Source of the DNA: Nanobdellota archaeon
GTDB lineage: Archaea > Nanobdellota > Nanobdellia > Pacearchaeales > GW2011-AR1
Length of the DNA stretch: 64,000 nucleotides
NCBI GenBank assembly: GCA_038045705.1
Contig: JBBSXO010000006.1
Span: forward strand, 52,996-116,995
Reading direction: 5' to 3'
The notes beneath the pieces were generated by a model. It did not search any database, was not told the DNA's origin, and worked only from the letters and a program-made list of their open reading frames with translations. This document shows, one piece after another, positions 42,369-52,654 of the stretch (positions are counted from its first letter, which is position 1; each line of letters opens with the position of its first letter). Made by a program: the position numbers and the translations under genes.

Positions 42369-42434
42369 CAAGAAACTCACAAGATAGCTCATTAGGTAGC
42401 AGTCGCTTTTTTAAGCGATTTGATACGGAAGAGC

Positions 42435-43592
42435 ATGAAAATAGACCCATACAACCACGAAGAAAAATACAAAGCTTGGAGAGAAAGAGTTACCAATGGT
42501 ATTCCCGATATTTCCAAACAAAATTCTGATTTAATACTGACTTATCTGAAAGATATGGAACTAGGAATAAATATTGGAAATGGTAGCACTAAAGGTGCTA
42601 GAGGCTATAACAGATTAAATTCCTTAAGGGATAAACTATGTTTCTTCTCAAAACAATTTAAGTCGCATTTTGATATAGATAATATAACAACCATTTCTGA
42701 AGACCAGTTAGTTGGTTTCTTTGCAAAAATGACTTCAGGTGATATCAAACGTATAGATGGAAAAACTTACACATCAGTAGATACCTATTCCAAAATCTTT
42801 AGAGCATTTTGGCATTGGTGGCAAAAAGTAAATCGTAAAAAAGGAGTCGATATTAAGGATATAACTACAGACTTAGATACGAGACAAAAAAAGCCAAAAT
42901 GGGTATACATGACTGAAGAAGAAGTCAAGAAATTAACAGAAAACGCTCGTTTCGATTATAAGGTGCTAATCTATTTCTTGTTTGATTCTGGAATCAGATC
43001 TCCTACGGAGTTAGTTAATGTAAAAGTTTCAGATTTATTCAATAACTATAAAGAAATGAACATTAGAGAGGAAGCAAGTAAAACATTTGGTAGAAGAATA
43101 AAGCTTATGATCTGTTCAGATCTTATAAAGGAATACATAAAATCTAAGAAACTTACTCCAGAGGATCAGTTATTTGATATACATCATGCTACTGTTAATC
43201 GTTACCTTAAACGCTTAGCAACAAGAGTCTTTGGAGAAAGAGAAAGTCCTGCTGGTGAGAAATATTCAAACCTTACCATGTATGACTTTAGGCATATCTC
43301 ATGCTGTTATTGGCTTCCACGTTACAAATCTGAAAGTGCATTAAAGTATCGCTTTGGCTGGAAAGAATCAGATAAGATCCACTATTATTCTGAATTGTTA
43401 GGTATGAGCGACACAATAGCGGAAGATGACATGCTTATAGATGTTACAAAAACCGAGATTGAGAAAGAACTGGAGAGATCTAAGAAGGAAAAAGAAATAC
43501 TTCAAGAAAAGATGCAGACAATGGAATTACAGATGGTGAAGATAATGGAATTAGTAAAACAATTAACAGTGAATGCTATTCCTCAGACATGA
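42435..43592 (+). CDS. Tyrosine recombinase/integrase, paralog of 12672-13844
   Basis: MKIDPY start; SGIRSP, YDFRH, FGW, HYY. Confidence 0.92.
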   Translation: MKIDPYNHEEKYKAWRERVTNGIPDISKQNSDLILTYLKDMELGINIGNGSTKGARGYNRLNSLRDKLCFFSKQFKSHFDIDNITTISEDQLVGFFAKMTSGDIKRIDGKTYTSVDTYSKIFRAFWHWWQKVNRKKGVDIKDITTDLDTRQKKPKWVYMTEEEVKKLTENARFDYKVLIYFLFDSGIRSPTELVNVKVSDLFNNYKEMNIREEASKTFGRRIKLMICSDLIKEYIKSKKLTPEDQLFDIHHATVNRYLKRLATRVFGERESPAGEKYSNLTMYDFRHISCCYWLPRYKSESALKYRFGWKESDKIHYYSELLGMSDTIAEDDMLIDVTKTEIEKELERSKKEKEILQEKMQTMELQMVKIMELVKQLTVNAIPQT

Positions 43593-43626
43593 TTGTTTCT
43601 AATTAGATTGAAAAAATTAATAGTTT

Positions 43627-43755
43627 TTACTTTAATTTCTGCTTTGCTTTTTTTATTGCTTTATCTAGATGTTTTTCTGCTTTTGTAATAGCCTTTTTAG
43701 CTTTCTCAAGTTTTTTAATGTGCATTCTTATTTTAGCAATCTCTTTTTTATCCAT
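43627..43755 (-). CDS. Small Lys/Ala-rich helical peptide (42 aa, not in ORF track)
   Basis: Own translation MDKKEIAKIRMHIKKLEKAKKAITKAEKHLDKAIKKAKQKLK. Confidence 0.4.
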   Translation of the reverse strand: MDKKEIAKIRMHIKKLEKAKKAITKAEKHLDKAIKKAKQKLK

Positions 43756-43826
43756 TGAATTAGATGGTTTGTTTGTTTAAATAGCTTAACCCTAAAGAAT
43801 ATACCAACCAACTTCGATGATTTGAA

Positions 43827-45323
43827 TTAAGAAACCTTATCTTTTAGTTCAAGTAATCCTTTCTTAATTTCATCAACTAAACCCAATGTTTCTTGAAGTA
43901 TCTCTTTACTAGGTCTATAAACAATATTTTCTTCTTCATATTTCTTATATTTTGAGATACTTAAGTCAAATTCATTCTCTTTTATCTCGCTAATTGGAAC
44001 AAAGAAATGTTTCTTCTTTCGATCTTCATTTGACTGTTCTTTTCTTTTTTTAAAACTCTCAATAATATTTGGAATATCATTTTTATCTGGCTGTTTGGTT
44101 CTTTTATCATCTAAACTATATCCATCATATTCCATATCATAAAACCATACTCTCTGAGTTGGTTCTCCCTTTGTGAAGAATAAGACTGCAGTAGAAACCC
44201 CAGCATATGGCTTGAATACTCCTGAAGGCATTGAAATAACTGCATCTAACCTGCATTTCTCAAGAAGAAGATTTCTTACATCTTTATGGGACTTGGAATT
44301 ACCAAATAAAACTCCGTCTGGAACTATTACGGCACATCTTCCTCCATTAGCTAGAGAATTATACATTAATTCTAAGAATAGGAGCTCGGTTTTCTTTGTT
44401 TTTATTCTGAAATTATCACTCATTTCAGATTCATCAATAGACCCCTTAAATGGAGGATTTGCTAAAATTAAGTCGTAAGTGTTATCTTCATTGTATCTTT
44501 TTGATAATGTATTAATTTGTTGTAGATTTGGTCTTGATATACCGTGCATCATTAAGTTCATTAAAGCTATTCTGACCATAGTTTGGTCTATATCATACCC
44601 ATAAATTGATTCTTCATCTAAAAGCTGTTTTTGTTTAGCGTTTAATTTATCCCCTTTGAAATTGTATTCATTTCCTTCTTCATCTTTTTTGATTAAATCT
44701 TTAGAGGTATTTTGTCTAAGAATATGTTCATAAGCATTAACAAGAAATCCAGCAGTTCCACATGCAGGATCTAAGATTCTATCTCCATATTCAGGGTTTC
44801 CCAATTCAATCATCATTTTGATTATATGTCTTGGAGTCCTAAACTGACCATTTTTTCCAGCTGTTTGAAGCTCTGATAAAAGAAATTCGTATATATCCCC
44901 TTGAGTATCTGTATTTTGTTCTTTGATATGCATATCATTAATTATCCTTACTGCCTCAATCAATAAAGAGGCAGTGGGTATCTCAAAGTTAGCATTTCGC
45001 ATATACTTGGAGTAGTAAGAATCTCCTTTGTCAAGATTTCTTAAAAATGGAAATACTTTATCTCTCACATGGTCACTAATCTTATCTGCTGAATAGTTTG
45101 ACCACTGAGACCATTTGCAGTCTTCATGTCCTTTAAACATGGATTGATGTGGTTCGCCTGTAAGTGTTCCTTCTTGTTGTTTTCGTATGTCTTCATCTTC
45201 TAAACGCCTCATAAAAATAAGATAGGATATTTGTTCGATTGCTTGGAGAGGATTGCTAATGCCTCCGCTCCAAAACTTATCCCATAATTTCTGGACTTTT
45301 GATTTTAGTTCATTGTGTAACAT
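43827..45323 (-). CDS. hsdM: Type I RM methyltransferase subunit
   Basis: GQFRTPRH, DPACGTAGFL, NPPF. Confidence 0.95.
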   Translation of the reverse strand: MLHNELKSKVQKLWDKFWSGGISNPLQAIEQISYLIFMRRLEDEDIRKQQEGTLTGEPHQSMFKGHEDCKWSQWSNYSADKISDHVRDKVFPFLRNLDKGDSYYSKYMRNANFEIPTASLLIEAVRIINDMHIKEQNTDTQGDIYEFLLSELQTAGKNGQFRTPRHIIKMMIELGNPEYGDRILDPACGTAGFLVNAYEHILRQNTSKDLIKKDEEGNEYNFKGDKLNAKQKQLLDEESIYGYDIDQTMVRIALMNLMMHGISRPNLQQINTLSKRYNEDNTYDLILANPPFKGSIDESEMSDNFRIKTKKTELLFLELMYNSLANGGRCAVIVPDGVLFGNSKSHKDVRNLLLEKCRLDAVISMPSGVFKPYAGVSTAVLFFTKGEPTQRVWFYDMEYDGYSLDDKRTKQPDKNDIPNIIESFKKRKEQSNEDRKKKHFFVPISEIKENEFDLSISKYKKYEEENIVYRPSKEILQETLGLVDEIKKGLLELKDKVS

Positions 45324-46179
45324 TTGATTTATCCACCTCTTTTAAGAAAGTCTTTTCTATATTTAACTTGATTTCGTTGAAAGTTTTTATCAATACGGGA
45401 ATTGCTTTTACAATTGGAAGATTTTCATTATAATCAAAAAAGTTTAAATTAGAATCTTTGGTGTAAGGATAGCGCGGTGTATTGAAGTGTAAAAATGTTA
45501 TAAGACTCAAATAATGCAGTTTAAAACTAATCATCATGTCAATTACATATTCTTCTAATTTATAACTCTCTATGGAAGCCCTTACGTCTGAATCTCTAAT
45601 TCTAAATGTCGTTATTCTAAATAACATATGCTTAATAAAACTAATAAAACTTTTTTCATGCACCCTTTCATTTAAGTTTTTCATAGTCTCTTCTGATTTA
45701 AGATTCTTCTCTGAATTTTTTAAGAATTCAAGAATAAAATTTATATGTGATTCTGATATATTTCTTAATTCATCTTCAGTTTTTTCTAGAGTTTCCAATC
45801 CCTTTTTTGAAACTTCCAAATCAATTTTAACATCATTAATAATATTGCTTACCTCTGTTATATCATTTATATCTTCTTCTTTAATTTCTTTCTTTAGTTT
45901 ATCTAGAATAAATGAGTGTTTATAGGCTTCATGGGGGTCTATTCTCCCAATAAATATATAGTAACTCTTAGTTAGCTTCTCAAAAGCTTGTTGCAAGTGA
46001 TATGCTGAACCTGCATAATGCTTTAAATCATATAGTATTTTACATATCTCAATATCATTAGTAGCAATAGTAAGCCACTTTTTAGTAAACTCCATATTTT
46101 TTATTGAAGACTGTACTCTTTCATCGCTCTTTCTTAGTATTTTTTCCATTAATAATGGGTCAACTTGATATTTTTTCAT
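45310..46179 (-). CDS. HEPN-domain protein
   Basis: AYHLQQAFEKLTK, H, PRYP. Confidence 0.7.
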   Translation of the reverse strand: MKKYQVDPLLMEKILRKSDERVQSSIKNMEFTKKWLTIATNDIEICKILYDLKHYAGSAYHLQQAFEKLTKSYYIFIGRIDPHEAYKHSFILDKLKKEIKEEDINDITEVSNIINDVKIDLEVSKKGLETLEKTEDELRNISESHINFILEFLKNSEKNLKSEETMKNLNERVHEKSFISFIKHMLFRITTFRIRDSDVRASIESYKLEEYVIDMMISFKLHYLSLITFLHFNTPRYPYTKDSNLNFFDYNENLPIVKAIPVLIKTFNEIKLNIEKTFLKEVDKSNVTQ

Positions 46180-47330
46180 TTTATCAGTTCTCCCCTAAAT
46201 GCTTTTTGCATGAGCGAATCAAATATTTGATTAAGCATTTTGTTTTTTTCTTTCTGTTTTTCTTTTAATCTTTCAACATGTTCAATAATAGAAGAAAATT
46301 TTCGTTGAATATTAATTGGAGGCAAACTAAAACTTAAATTTTCTATTATACTCATATTTAGTCCTGGCATAATTGCCCCTCTCATTCGAATATTCAACTG
46401 ATGTAGCACTCCAGGGTCAGAATATATTAAATAAGAAATATAGAATGGATCAGCAATATCATTATTTAAAGTAATTGCGACTAAATGTTTTGTGTTGATT
46501 GCTAAAGGAATGTTTTCTGGAACAACCACCGATCTTCCTACAGTACCCATAATTGTTACCAGCACATCTTTTGGGTGAACTGTATATCTTTTTAGTTTTT
46601 CATACTTCTCTTTAGTAATGTATCTTCTTTCGTCCCAAGAAAAATAATTATTAACAACATTATCAATCCCTAAAACTGCAATACCTTTACTAACAAACTC
46701 GGAGTGCAATAAGTCGCTACCGAATGGTCCTGTTCTAATACTTCCTTTAGGCTTAGCTAAGACTTCTTTTAGCTTAACTTTTGACCATCTAGAATAATTC
46801 AAACTACCTTTACTAAGAAGCTCGTAAAAAACGCTTTTGAGGTATTCATCAAACAATTCAAGAACCCCTTTCCCATTAATGCTGGCCTTCTCAGATTTTT
46901 TTAATAAATTAATAATTTCTTGCTGAACCCGTATATTAATTGGATAAATAAATTTTATTTTTTCAATATAACTTTTAGATATGTGCTTTAGTCCTGCGCC
47001 TTTGAAACCCCTCTCTAAAATATGCATTTTTGATTTAAGATAATAATAAATATACTCTGTTAAGACTTTGTCTTTTATACTAACGACAAAACAATCGTTA
47101 GAAGCTGAGAACCTTTCATTGCAGTAATGAACTCCAGCCTGGCCTCCGCTTGAAAAGATTAAATGTTCCCCATCAAAATCAAATTCATTGATTTTCTTAC
47201 TTTGAACATTACTTGAAGTAAAAAACTTATATTTTCCATCTTCTAAACCTTCTCCGGCTTTCCTTCCTGTTCTACTTTGAAAAGAAAGTATTACTCCTAA
47301 CTCAATTTCTTGCCAATTAGTATTTTTCAT
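46176..47330 (-). CDS. hsdS: Type I RM specificity subunit
   Basis: Two TRDs with conserved WxxxxL, GPFGS, PPxxxQ, SLMQKAFRGEL. Confidence 0.92.
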   Translation of the reverse strand: MKNTNWQEIELGVILSFQSRTGRKAGEGLEDGKYKFFTSSNVQSKKINEFDFDGEHLIFSSGGQAGVHYCNERFSASNDCFVVSIKDKVLTEYIYYYLKSKMHILERGFKGAGLKHISKSYIEKIKFIYPINIRVQQEIINLLKKSEKASINGKGVLELFDEYLKSVFYELLSKGSLNYSRWSKVKLKEVLAKPKGSIRTGPFGSDLLHSEFVSKGIAVLGIDNVVNNYFSWDERRYITKEKYEKLKRYTVHPKDVLVTIMGTVGRSVVVPENIPLAINTKHLVAITLNNDIADPFYISYLIYSDPGVLHQLNIRMRGAIMPGLNMSIIENLSFSLPPINIQRKFSSIIEHVERLKEKQKEKNKMLNQIFDSLMQKAFRGELIK

Positions 47331-47914
47331 TTAAAGCTTTTTATTACCTCATTATTAATATAAACTAAGTTATTAATTAATATGAAATAGCGTTGAAGAA
47401 CAACTATAAATTCATTTTTTAGCGATAGATAAAGAGATGTTTTTTCTATACTGTCATGAATTTCCTTCTGTCCTTCCGTTCTATGAGAAAACTTTCCATA
47501 AAGAAATATTTCCAATATTTCTCTATTTGTATAATTCTTAATATTTATGCTGTAATTAGTCGAGACTTTTAGAAATTTATCTATATCAGACATTTCTTTT
47601 CCAAACATTTTTCTTTCTTTATCACATACAATAGTTGATTGATAGAAGAGATTTAACTTTTCAACCTTGAGAGAATCGTTCTTTTGTATAAACTTTCTAA
47701 GATCATTGCAAAACGCTTTAATAGACTCGTCATCTGGCCCTCTTAGCTCAGTTCTAAGTAATTTATCTAATGCATTCCATTTTATTGTTACTCCCGATCC
47801 ATTTAATTTATCTTTAAAGCTTAAATCAAATATTTCTTGAGCTTCTTTATTGAACTCTATAAATTTGGCGATTATTTCATCTTTTGTTTTAACTGGCTTT
47901 GTCATATTACTCAC
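47327..47914 (-). CDS. Hypothetical helical protein inside RM locus
   Basis: Coupled ORF; NRE...YGKFSH weakly HEPN-like. Confidence 0.55.
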   Translation of the reverse strand: MSNMTKPVKTKDEIIAKFIEFNKEAQEIFDLSFKDKLNGSGVTIKWNALDKLLRTELRGPDDESIKAFCNDLRKFIQKNDSLKVEKLNLFYQSTIVCDKERKMFGKEMSDIDKFLKVSTNYSINIKNYTNREILEIFLYGKFSHRTEGQKEIHDSIEKTSLYLSLKNEFIVVLQRYFILINNLVYINNEVIKSFK

Positions 47915-48893
47915 CCTTCGCTTTTAGTTTAACATATAAAGGAAATATTTTCTTTTCCTTTTTTATGAATAGAATAACTTCTTGAAGTATCTGTTTGTTC
48001 TGCTTTTTTGCTATTTTTTGATACTCTTCTATGAAGTATTTTGGTAGGGAAAAGAAACCCCAGTTTTGAGATCTTAAATTTAGACTTCTCTTCAGAGTTA
48101 CTTGATTCTCATTCTTTACATAAATAACTTCTTTTTGTTTCATTGTTGGATTTATTTTTACTTTTCCTTTAGTAAGAAAGTGAATTGGCCACAGATTGTC
48201 AAGTATTCCAAAATAAGAATTTATTGGTTTTATAAGCTTCTTTAGTTTCTCCATTGCAGTTTTATAATTATCTTTAGTAACGTTTGATGGTAGTTTATCA
48301 AAGTCGTCTAAGGTCTTTATATTCCAAACCTGTTGCTTCGTCAATTCTTTATAATTTATTTCCTTGGTTAAAGAGTTCATTCTTTTTCTTAAGTCCTCAA
48401 TTATCTGAAAATTTTCGTAAGAAACAAAATATATTCCGTGTGACCACATTAATGCTTGAGCGTTTTTTGCAAAGCCTGATGTCGAATAGAAAACTGGGAT
48501 ATAACTATATCTTTTCTCATCAAATATCTGAGAGTATTTGGTTCTTGATCTGCTTTTTGTGTTAATCCTTGAATATTGGGATATATCGATGAAAGCTCCT
48601 AAAAACTCCCTTACTTGCTTTATCTGGATTGGTGTTGAATAATTCTTGGCCTCTCCAACCAAAAGGAAAGGGTATGAAAATGGAAGAGTTATCGGAAACT
48701 CTCCTATGAAGTCAGGATCATAAGTTCCACCCCTCCCATGAAGTCTCTTTTTTGTTTTTGATTGTGTCATTTGACCAACTTGGGCATTTAAATCAAAGCC
48801 TGCCTGCTCTATCCAGTCTCTGAGAATAAACTCAAACAATTTACCTCTTACCGCATTCTGTTTGTAAGTAATTTGAGGATTACGCCTTACCAT
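47907..48893 (-). CDS. Mrr-like PD-(D/E)xK restriction endonuclease
   Basis: GKLFE, YDPD, GEAKNY, STSGF. Confidence 0.7.
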   Translation of the reverse strand: MVRRNPQITYKQNAVRGKLFEFILRDWIEQAGFDLNAQVGQMTQSKTKKRLHGRGGTYDPDFIGEFPITLPFSYPFLLVGEAKNYSTPIQIKQVREFLGAFIDISQYSRINTKSRSRTKYSQIFDEKRYSYIPVFYSTSGFAKNAQALMWSHGIYFVSYENFQIIEDLRKRMNSLTKEINYKELTKQQVWNIKTLDDFDKLPSNVTKDNYKTAMEKLKKLIKPINSYFGILDNLWPIHFLTKGKVKINPTMKQKEVIYVKNENQVTLKRSLNLRSQNWGFFSLPKYFIEEYQKIAKKQNKQILQEVILFIKKEKKIFPLYVKLKAKGE

Positions 48894-49536
48894 CTTTAAC
48901 CTCCAAAACTAGAATTGAATCGGTGTCTAGGTACTTGATCTTGTTAACACTTCTTATAGTAATATCAACTTTGCCAATTTCTTTTGCAGGCTTAATTAGT
49001 ATATCTAGCGTTCCATTGCCAAAGAGTTCTCTTTCCCAGATAATCGCATTCTTGCCGATTATTATTATTTTATTGTCTAAAACTTTCTCAGGAACAATAA
49101 TTATTCTATTTCCGTAATCCAAGCGAGGTACTCTTTCCTCATAATCAATTCTGCGCATTAATTTTGTAAACACTTCAACATAAAACTTGTTAGAAAGAAG
49201 GATATAAGAATTATTAGATTCAATATATTTTGGAAATTCTGTAATGTCCTCTTTAACTTCAATTTTTTTAATTTGTTTATTATCAATTATTGTCTGGATA
49301 AGAAAATCTCTCTCACCCATAGCAACCATCATACCTGCACTAGGCAATGACGGATGAAAACTAGGATCAATAAAAATATCATCTTCTATTACCGGTCTTA
49401 TTCCTATTTGAATGAAAGAACCGTCTGTCTTTTCAGTTGTCCTCACTGTTGCAATATCTTCGATGACCAGGCTTCGACTATAATCTTCAGTTGTCAACCT
49501 GATAAATTCTGCTATTTTTTCCTGATTATAAATCAT
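48880..49536 (-). CDS. Hypothetical protein
   Basis: Translationally coupled in operon. Confidence 0.55.
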   Translation of the reverse strand: MIYNQEKIAEFIRLTTEDYSRSLVIEDIATVRTTEKTDGSFIQIGIRPVIEDDIFIDPSFHPSLPSAGMMVAMGERDFLIQTIIDNKQIKKIEVKEDITEFPKYIESNNSYILLSNKFYVEVFTKLMRRIDYEERVPRLDYGNRIIIVPEKVLDNKIIIIGKNAIIWERELFGNGTLDILIKPAKEIGKVDITIRSVNKIKYLDTDSILVLEVKDGKA

Positions 49537-49781
49537 TCTTTCACCTCAAAATTCCATTGCTTTTGCTTTATGTTGACTCTTTCGTATTCGCTTTCTATTC
49601 CTTTCTTTTGTTTTGTAAGAGGGTTACCTACTATTTCCTGCTGAACCAGCTCCCTTAGTTTTTGGTGAATGCTTTTGTTCTCGGCTTCACATATCTTCAT
49701 AATATTAGCAAATTCAGAGCGGTAGAGCTTAGTTGAAACTACTCTTCTACCTTCACCTCTTGTAATGGAGTCATTTGACAT
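49533..49781 (-). CDS. Small RHH-like putative regulator
   Basis: RVVSTKL...ENKSIHQKLRELV; first gene after an inverted repeat. Confidence 0.5.
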   Translation of the reverse strand: MSNDSITRGEGRRVVSTKLYRSEFANIMKICEAENKSIHQKLRELVQQEIVGNPLTKQKKGIESEYERVNIKQKQWNFEVKE

Positions 49782-49819
49782 GCTAATAATCTGATACCTA
49801 ACTATTTAAATTTTACGAT

Positions 49820-49837
49820 AAATCGGTAGACCGATTT
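49820..49837. promoter_or_regulatory. Inverted repeat AAATCGGT-AG-ACCGATTT, candidate operator
   Basis: Perfect 8-bp arms upstream of the small regulator. Confidence 0.5.
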
Positions 49838-49865
49838 TCTAGATATAATATGAGTTATACCTCAA

Positions 49866-52610
49866 TTATCGCCATTTGAGTTTATTACATTTTTCAACGA
49901 TTTTCTCCAGTTGCTCTCGGCTAAACTTGTCCAAAGGTCTCTCTTCAGTAAGAGGATGTTTTGCAAGGTCTTTGAGGGTTATGTGTTTTGTACGGACAAA
50001 AACCTCTCTTAGAAGCCTTAGGAACTTTATTTGGTCTGAGTTATAATGTTGGTTTCTGTCTAAAATATATTTATCAAACTCATTCTTTATCATCTGCTCT
50101 GGGTCAGGCAAGTCTCGTATCCCAATTACTTGACGAATAAATAAAATAAAGTCAATCTTTATGATATTCTGGATATTTTCTATTGTCCATGCTGGGTTAA
50201 GGCTAGAAAGCTTCTTTTCTATTTCTAGAATTTCCTGCGCCGTTACTCCTTCCCCATTCCTTATTTTTTTAATGAGATGATCGTGCTCAATAAACTCTGT
50301 CAAATCTTTATTCTCTTTTATTTCATGTTTCAACTGTTCAACTTTAAGCACTACATCAGGGGCGTCTACTCGCAACATTTTCTTTCGTTCTGAATCATAG
50401 TAAATCATAAGGGGAGATATCTCGCGTATAAGAAAATCAACATCCTCAAAGCTTAAGTCTTCCCAAAAAGTCTCTTGCATGACCCTCTTCATATCATTGC
50501 TCTTTGCTTGAATAACTTCAAGTCCTTTTTCCCATACATTTTGGACTCGTTCTTCAACAAATTCACGAATATTCCAGATTTTGTCTTTGTTATTATCTTG
50601 AATTGCTCTAAATAGTTTTACGCATTGCGAAACAAAGGCATAAACTTTTGAGTTTTCAGATTGAGAATACATCAGAAGCGGAGCAATATCATTTCTTAAC
50701 TCTTTGATATGATCTTTAAGATCGAATCTTTCCGAGACTACCTTTCTTATTATTGGTAACTTTTCTATAACTGCTGGAGATTCCATATCTATTAACCTTA
50801 CAGTATCGCGTATTTCTTTTTCTATAATCTTTACTTGCTTCTGCTCTAGTTTCTTTTCAAGAAGATCAACTTGTTCTAGGAAAATTCTTGTTTTTGAGTC
50901 TATGACATCTGCTTTATTTTTAGTTCTGTCAAGTTGGTGAAATACTACATTGGAATGGTCTCCAAATTTAAAGTCTAAAATCAAAAAACTTTCTTTAATG
51001 GCTTGCCCATCTTTTGAGGGTAACCAATCTTTATGTTTACACGCTTCTAAGTTTCTCGTTCCTCTTCCCAACATCTGCCAAAATCTTATGGGTGAAAAGA
51101 CTGGTTTAACAAATACTAGGTTGCAAATTTCTGGAATGTCTACTCCTGTATCTAGAACTCCAACAGATAAAACTATTCTTGGTTCAGAATCTTTTTCAAA
51201 TCGCTTCACTTCATCCATATATCTCGTCCTATCTGAAGTTATCACTCTGACCTCTTTTGCAAGAGTAGGATAGAGCCTATCAAAAATAGTCTTTAATGAC
51301 TCCGCATGTTTAACACTTGCACAGAAAAATATTGTTTTGCATGGTTGCCCGTCATCAGACTTATAACATCTATCAATAAACTCATTAATAATTAGTTCGT
51401 TTGTTTTAGCATCAGTAAAATATTTTTCAAATCTCCCTCCTGGTAGCTCTATTTTTTCTGGGTCTTCTTCTTGTTCTTTTAAGATTTGTTTTAATTCTTT
51501 GGTTAATTTTGAACCTTCTATACCTAAGGATAAAACTCTAGTCTCTATTATATCTGCTACATATGGGGCAAGAACTCCTTCATTAACTGCGGTATCATAA
51601 TCATATTTTACCGTAGGTTTCTTATCTTCACAGTCAAATAGTTTGAACGTGTCTCGACTATCTTCTTTTGAAGGGGTAGCAGTAAGACCTAACCTGATAC
51701 AATCAAAATAACTAAAGAGAATATTGTTCGAATCATAAAAAGACCTATGTGCTTCATCAAATACAATTAAGTCAAAGAAACCTACGCCAAATTTCTCGTA
51801 CATTGGTCTTTTCTTTTTATTATCGCTATTGGTCAAAGTTTGCACTGTGGAAACGTAGAGTCTCGCGCTGTCTGAGAATCCTTCAAAGTTTAATTCACAC
51901 ACTGGCTCATTAAAAAAACTTTTGAACCCTTTCTCTTTGGCTTGATTTGCAAGTGAAATTCTATCAACTACAAATAAAACATTTTGAACATGGTCTGATT
52001 TTATCAAAGCATCAATTACTGCCATAGCCACTCTTGTTTTACCAGTTCCTGTTGCCATATTAACTAGAGCAGAACGATGATTTTTTGAAAAGTGCTCTAA
52101 AATCTGCTTAACTATCTCAACATTTCTTGGGCGGTCAACTATTTTAGTATTAATTTTAACTTTTACTGGGTCTTTTTCATGTTCATATAAATGTTGTCTT
52201 CTTTGAAGATCTTTTTGAGTAAACGGTAAAAGAACTTTTCTTTTACATTCCTTTTGGTCTACGAAGTACCACGAATCCCCATTAGTAAGAAATATTGCTA
52301 TCTTTTTACCAGTCTGTTTTTCAATGTCTTTTTGATATGATCTCGCTTGGATCTCACCTTTTTCAATACTAACAGACGTCTTCTTAGCTTCAATTACTGC
52401 TAGAGGAGAATAATCTTCATCTAATAGTAAGTAGTCTATGAATTTATCAACTCCCCTCTCAATATTACTTTTGTCATTTGTATATTCTTTAGTCTTAAAA
52501 TTAGACTTCACACAGTTAACTTCTTCTTTTATGTATTCTTTTACCCAACCAGTTCTTTTCAAGAGTGGGTCTATCTTTTCTTTTCTAGTTTCTGCTTCTG
52601 ATAATTGCAT
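49866..52610 (-). CDS. hsdR: Type I RM restriction subunit (EcoEI-like)
   Basis: SEAETR, IDY...IEAKK, MATGTGKT, DEAHRS, LTATP, QMLGRGTR. Confidence 0.95.
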   Translation of the reverse strand: MQLSEAETRKEKIDPLLKRTGWVKEYIKEEVNCVKSNFKTKEYTNDKSNIERGVDKFIDYLLLDEDYSPLAVIEAKKTSVSIEKGEIQARSYQKDIEKQTGKKIAIFLTNGDSWYFVDQKECKRKVLLPFTQKDLQRRQHLYEHEKDPVKVKINTKIVDRPRNVEIVKQILEHFSKNHRSALVNMATGTGKTRVAMAVIDALIKSDHVQNVLFVVDRISLANQAKEKGFKSFFNEPVCELNFEGFSDSARLYVSTVQTLTNSDNKKKRPMYEKFGVGFFDLIVFDEAHRSFYDSNNILFSYFDCIRLGLTATPSKEDSRDTFKLFDCEDKKPTVKYDYDTAVNEGVLAPYVADIIETRVLSLGIEGSKLTKELKQILKEQEEDPEKIELPGGRFEKYFTDAKTNELIINEFIDRCYKSDDGQPCKTIFFCASVKHAESLKTIFDRLYPTLAKEVRVITSDRTRYMDEVKRFEKDSEPRIVLSVGVLDTGVDIPEICNLVFVKPVFSPIRFWQMLGRGTRNLEACKHKDWLPSKDGQAIKESFLILDFKFGDHSNVVFHQLDRTKNKADVIDSKTRIFLEQVDLLEKKLEQKQVKIIEKEIRDTVRLIDMESPAVIEKLPIIRKVVSERFDLKDHIKELRNDIAPLLMYSQSENSKVYAFVSQCVKLFRAIQDNNKDKIWNIREFVEERVQNVWEKGLEVIQAKSNDMKRVMQETFWEDLSFEDVDFLIREISPLMIYYDSERKKMLRVDAPDVVLKVEQLKHEIKENKDLTEFIEHDHLIKKIRNGEGVTAQEILEIEKKLSSLNPAWTIENIQNIIKIDFILFIRQVIGIRDLPDPEQMIKNEFDKYILDRNQHYNSDQIKFLRLLREVFVRTKHITLKDLAKHPLTEERPLDKFSREQLEKIVEKCNKLKWR

Positions 52611-52654
52611 AAACTTATTAACAAACCATTATATAAAAAACTATCAGCAAGAAC

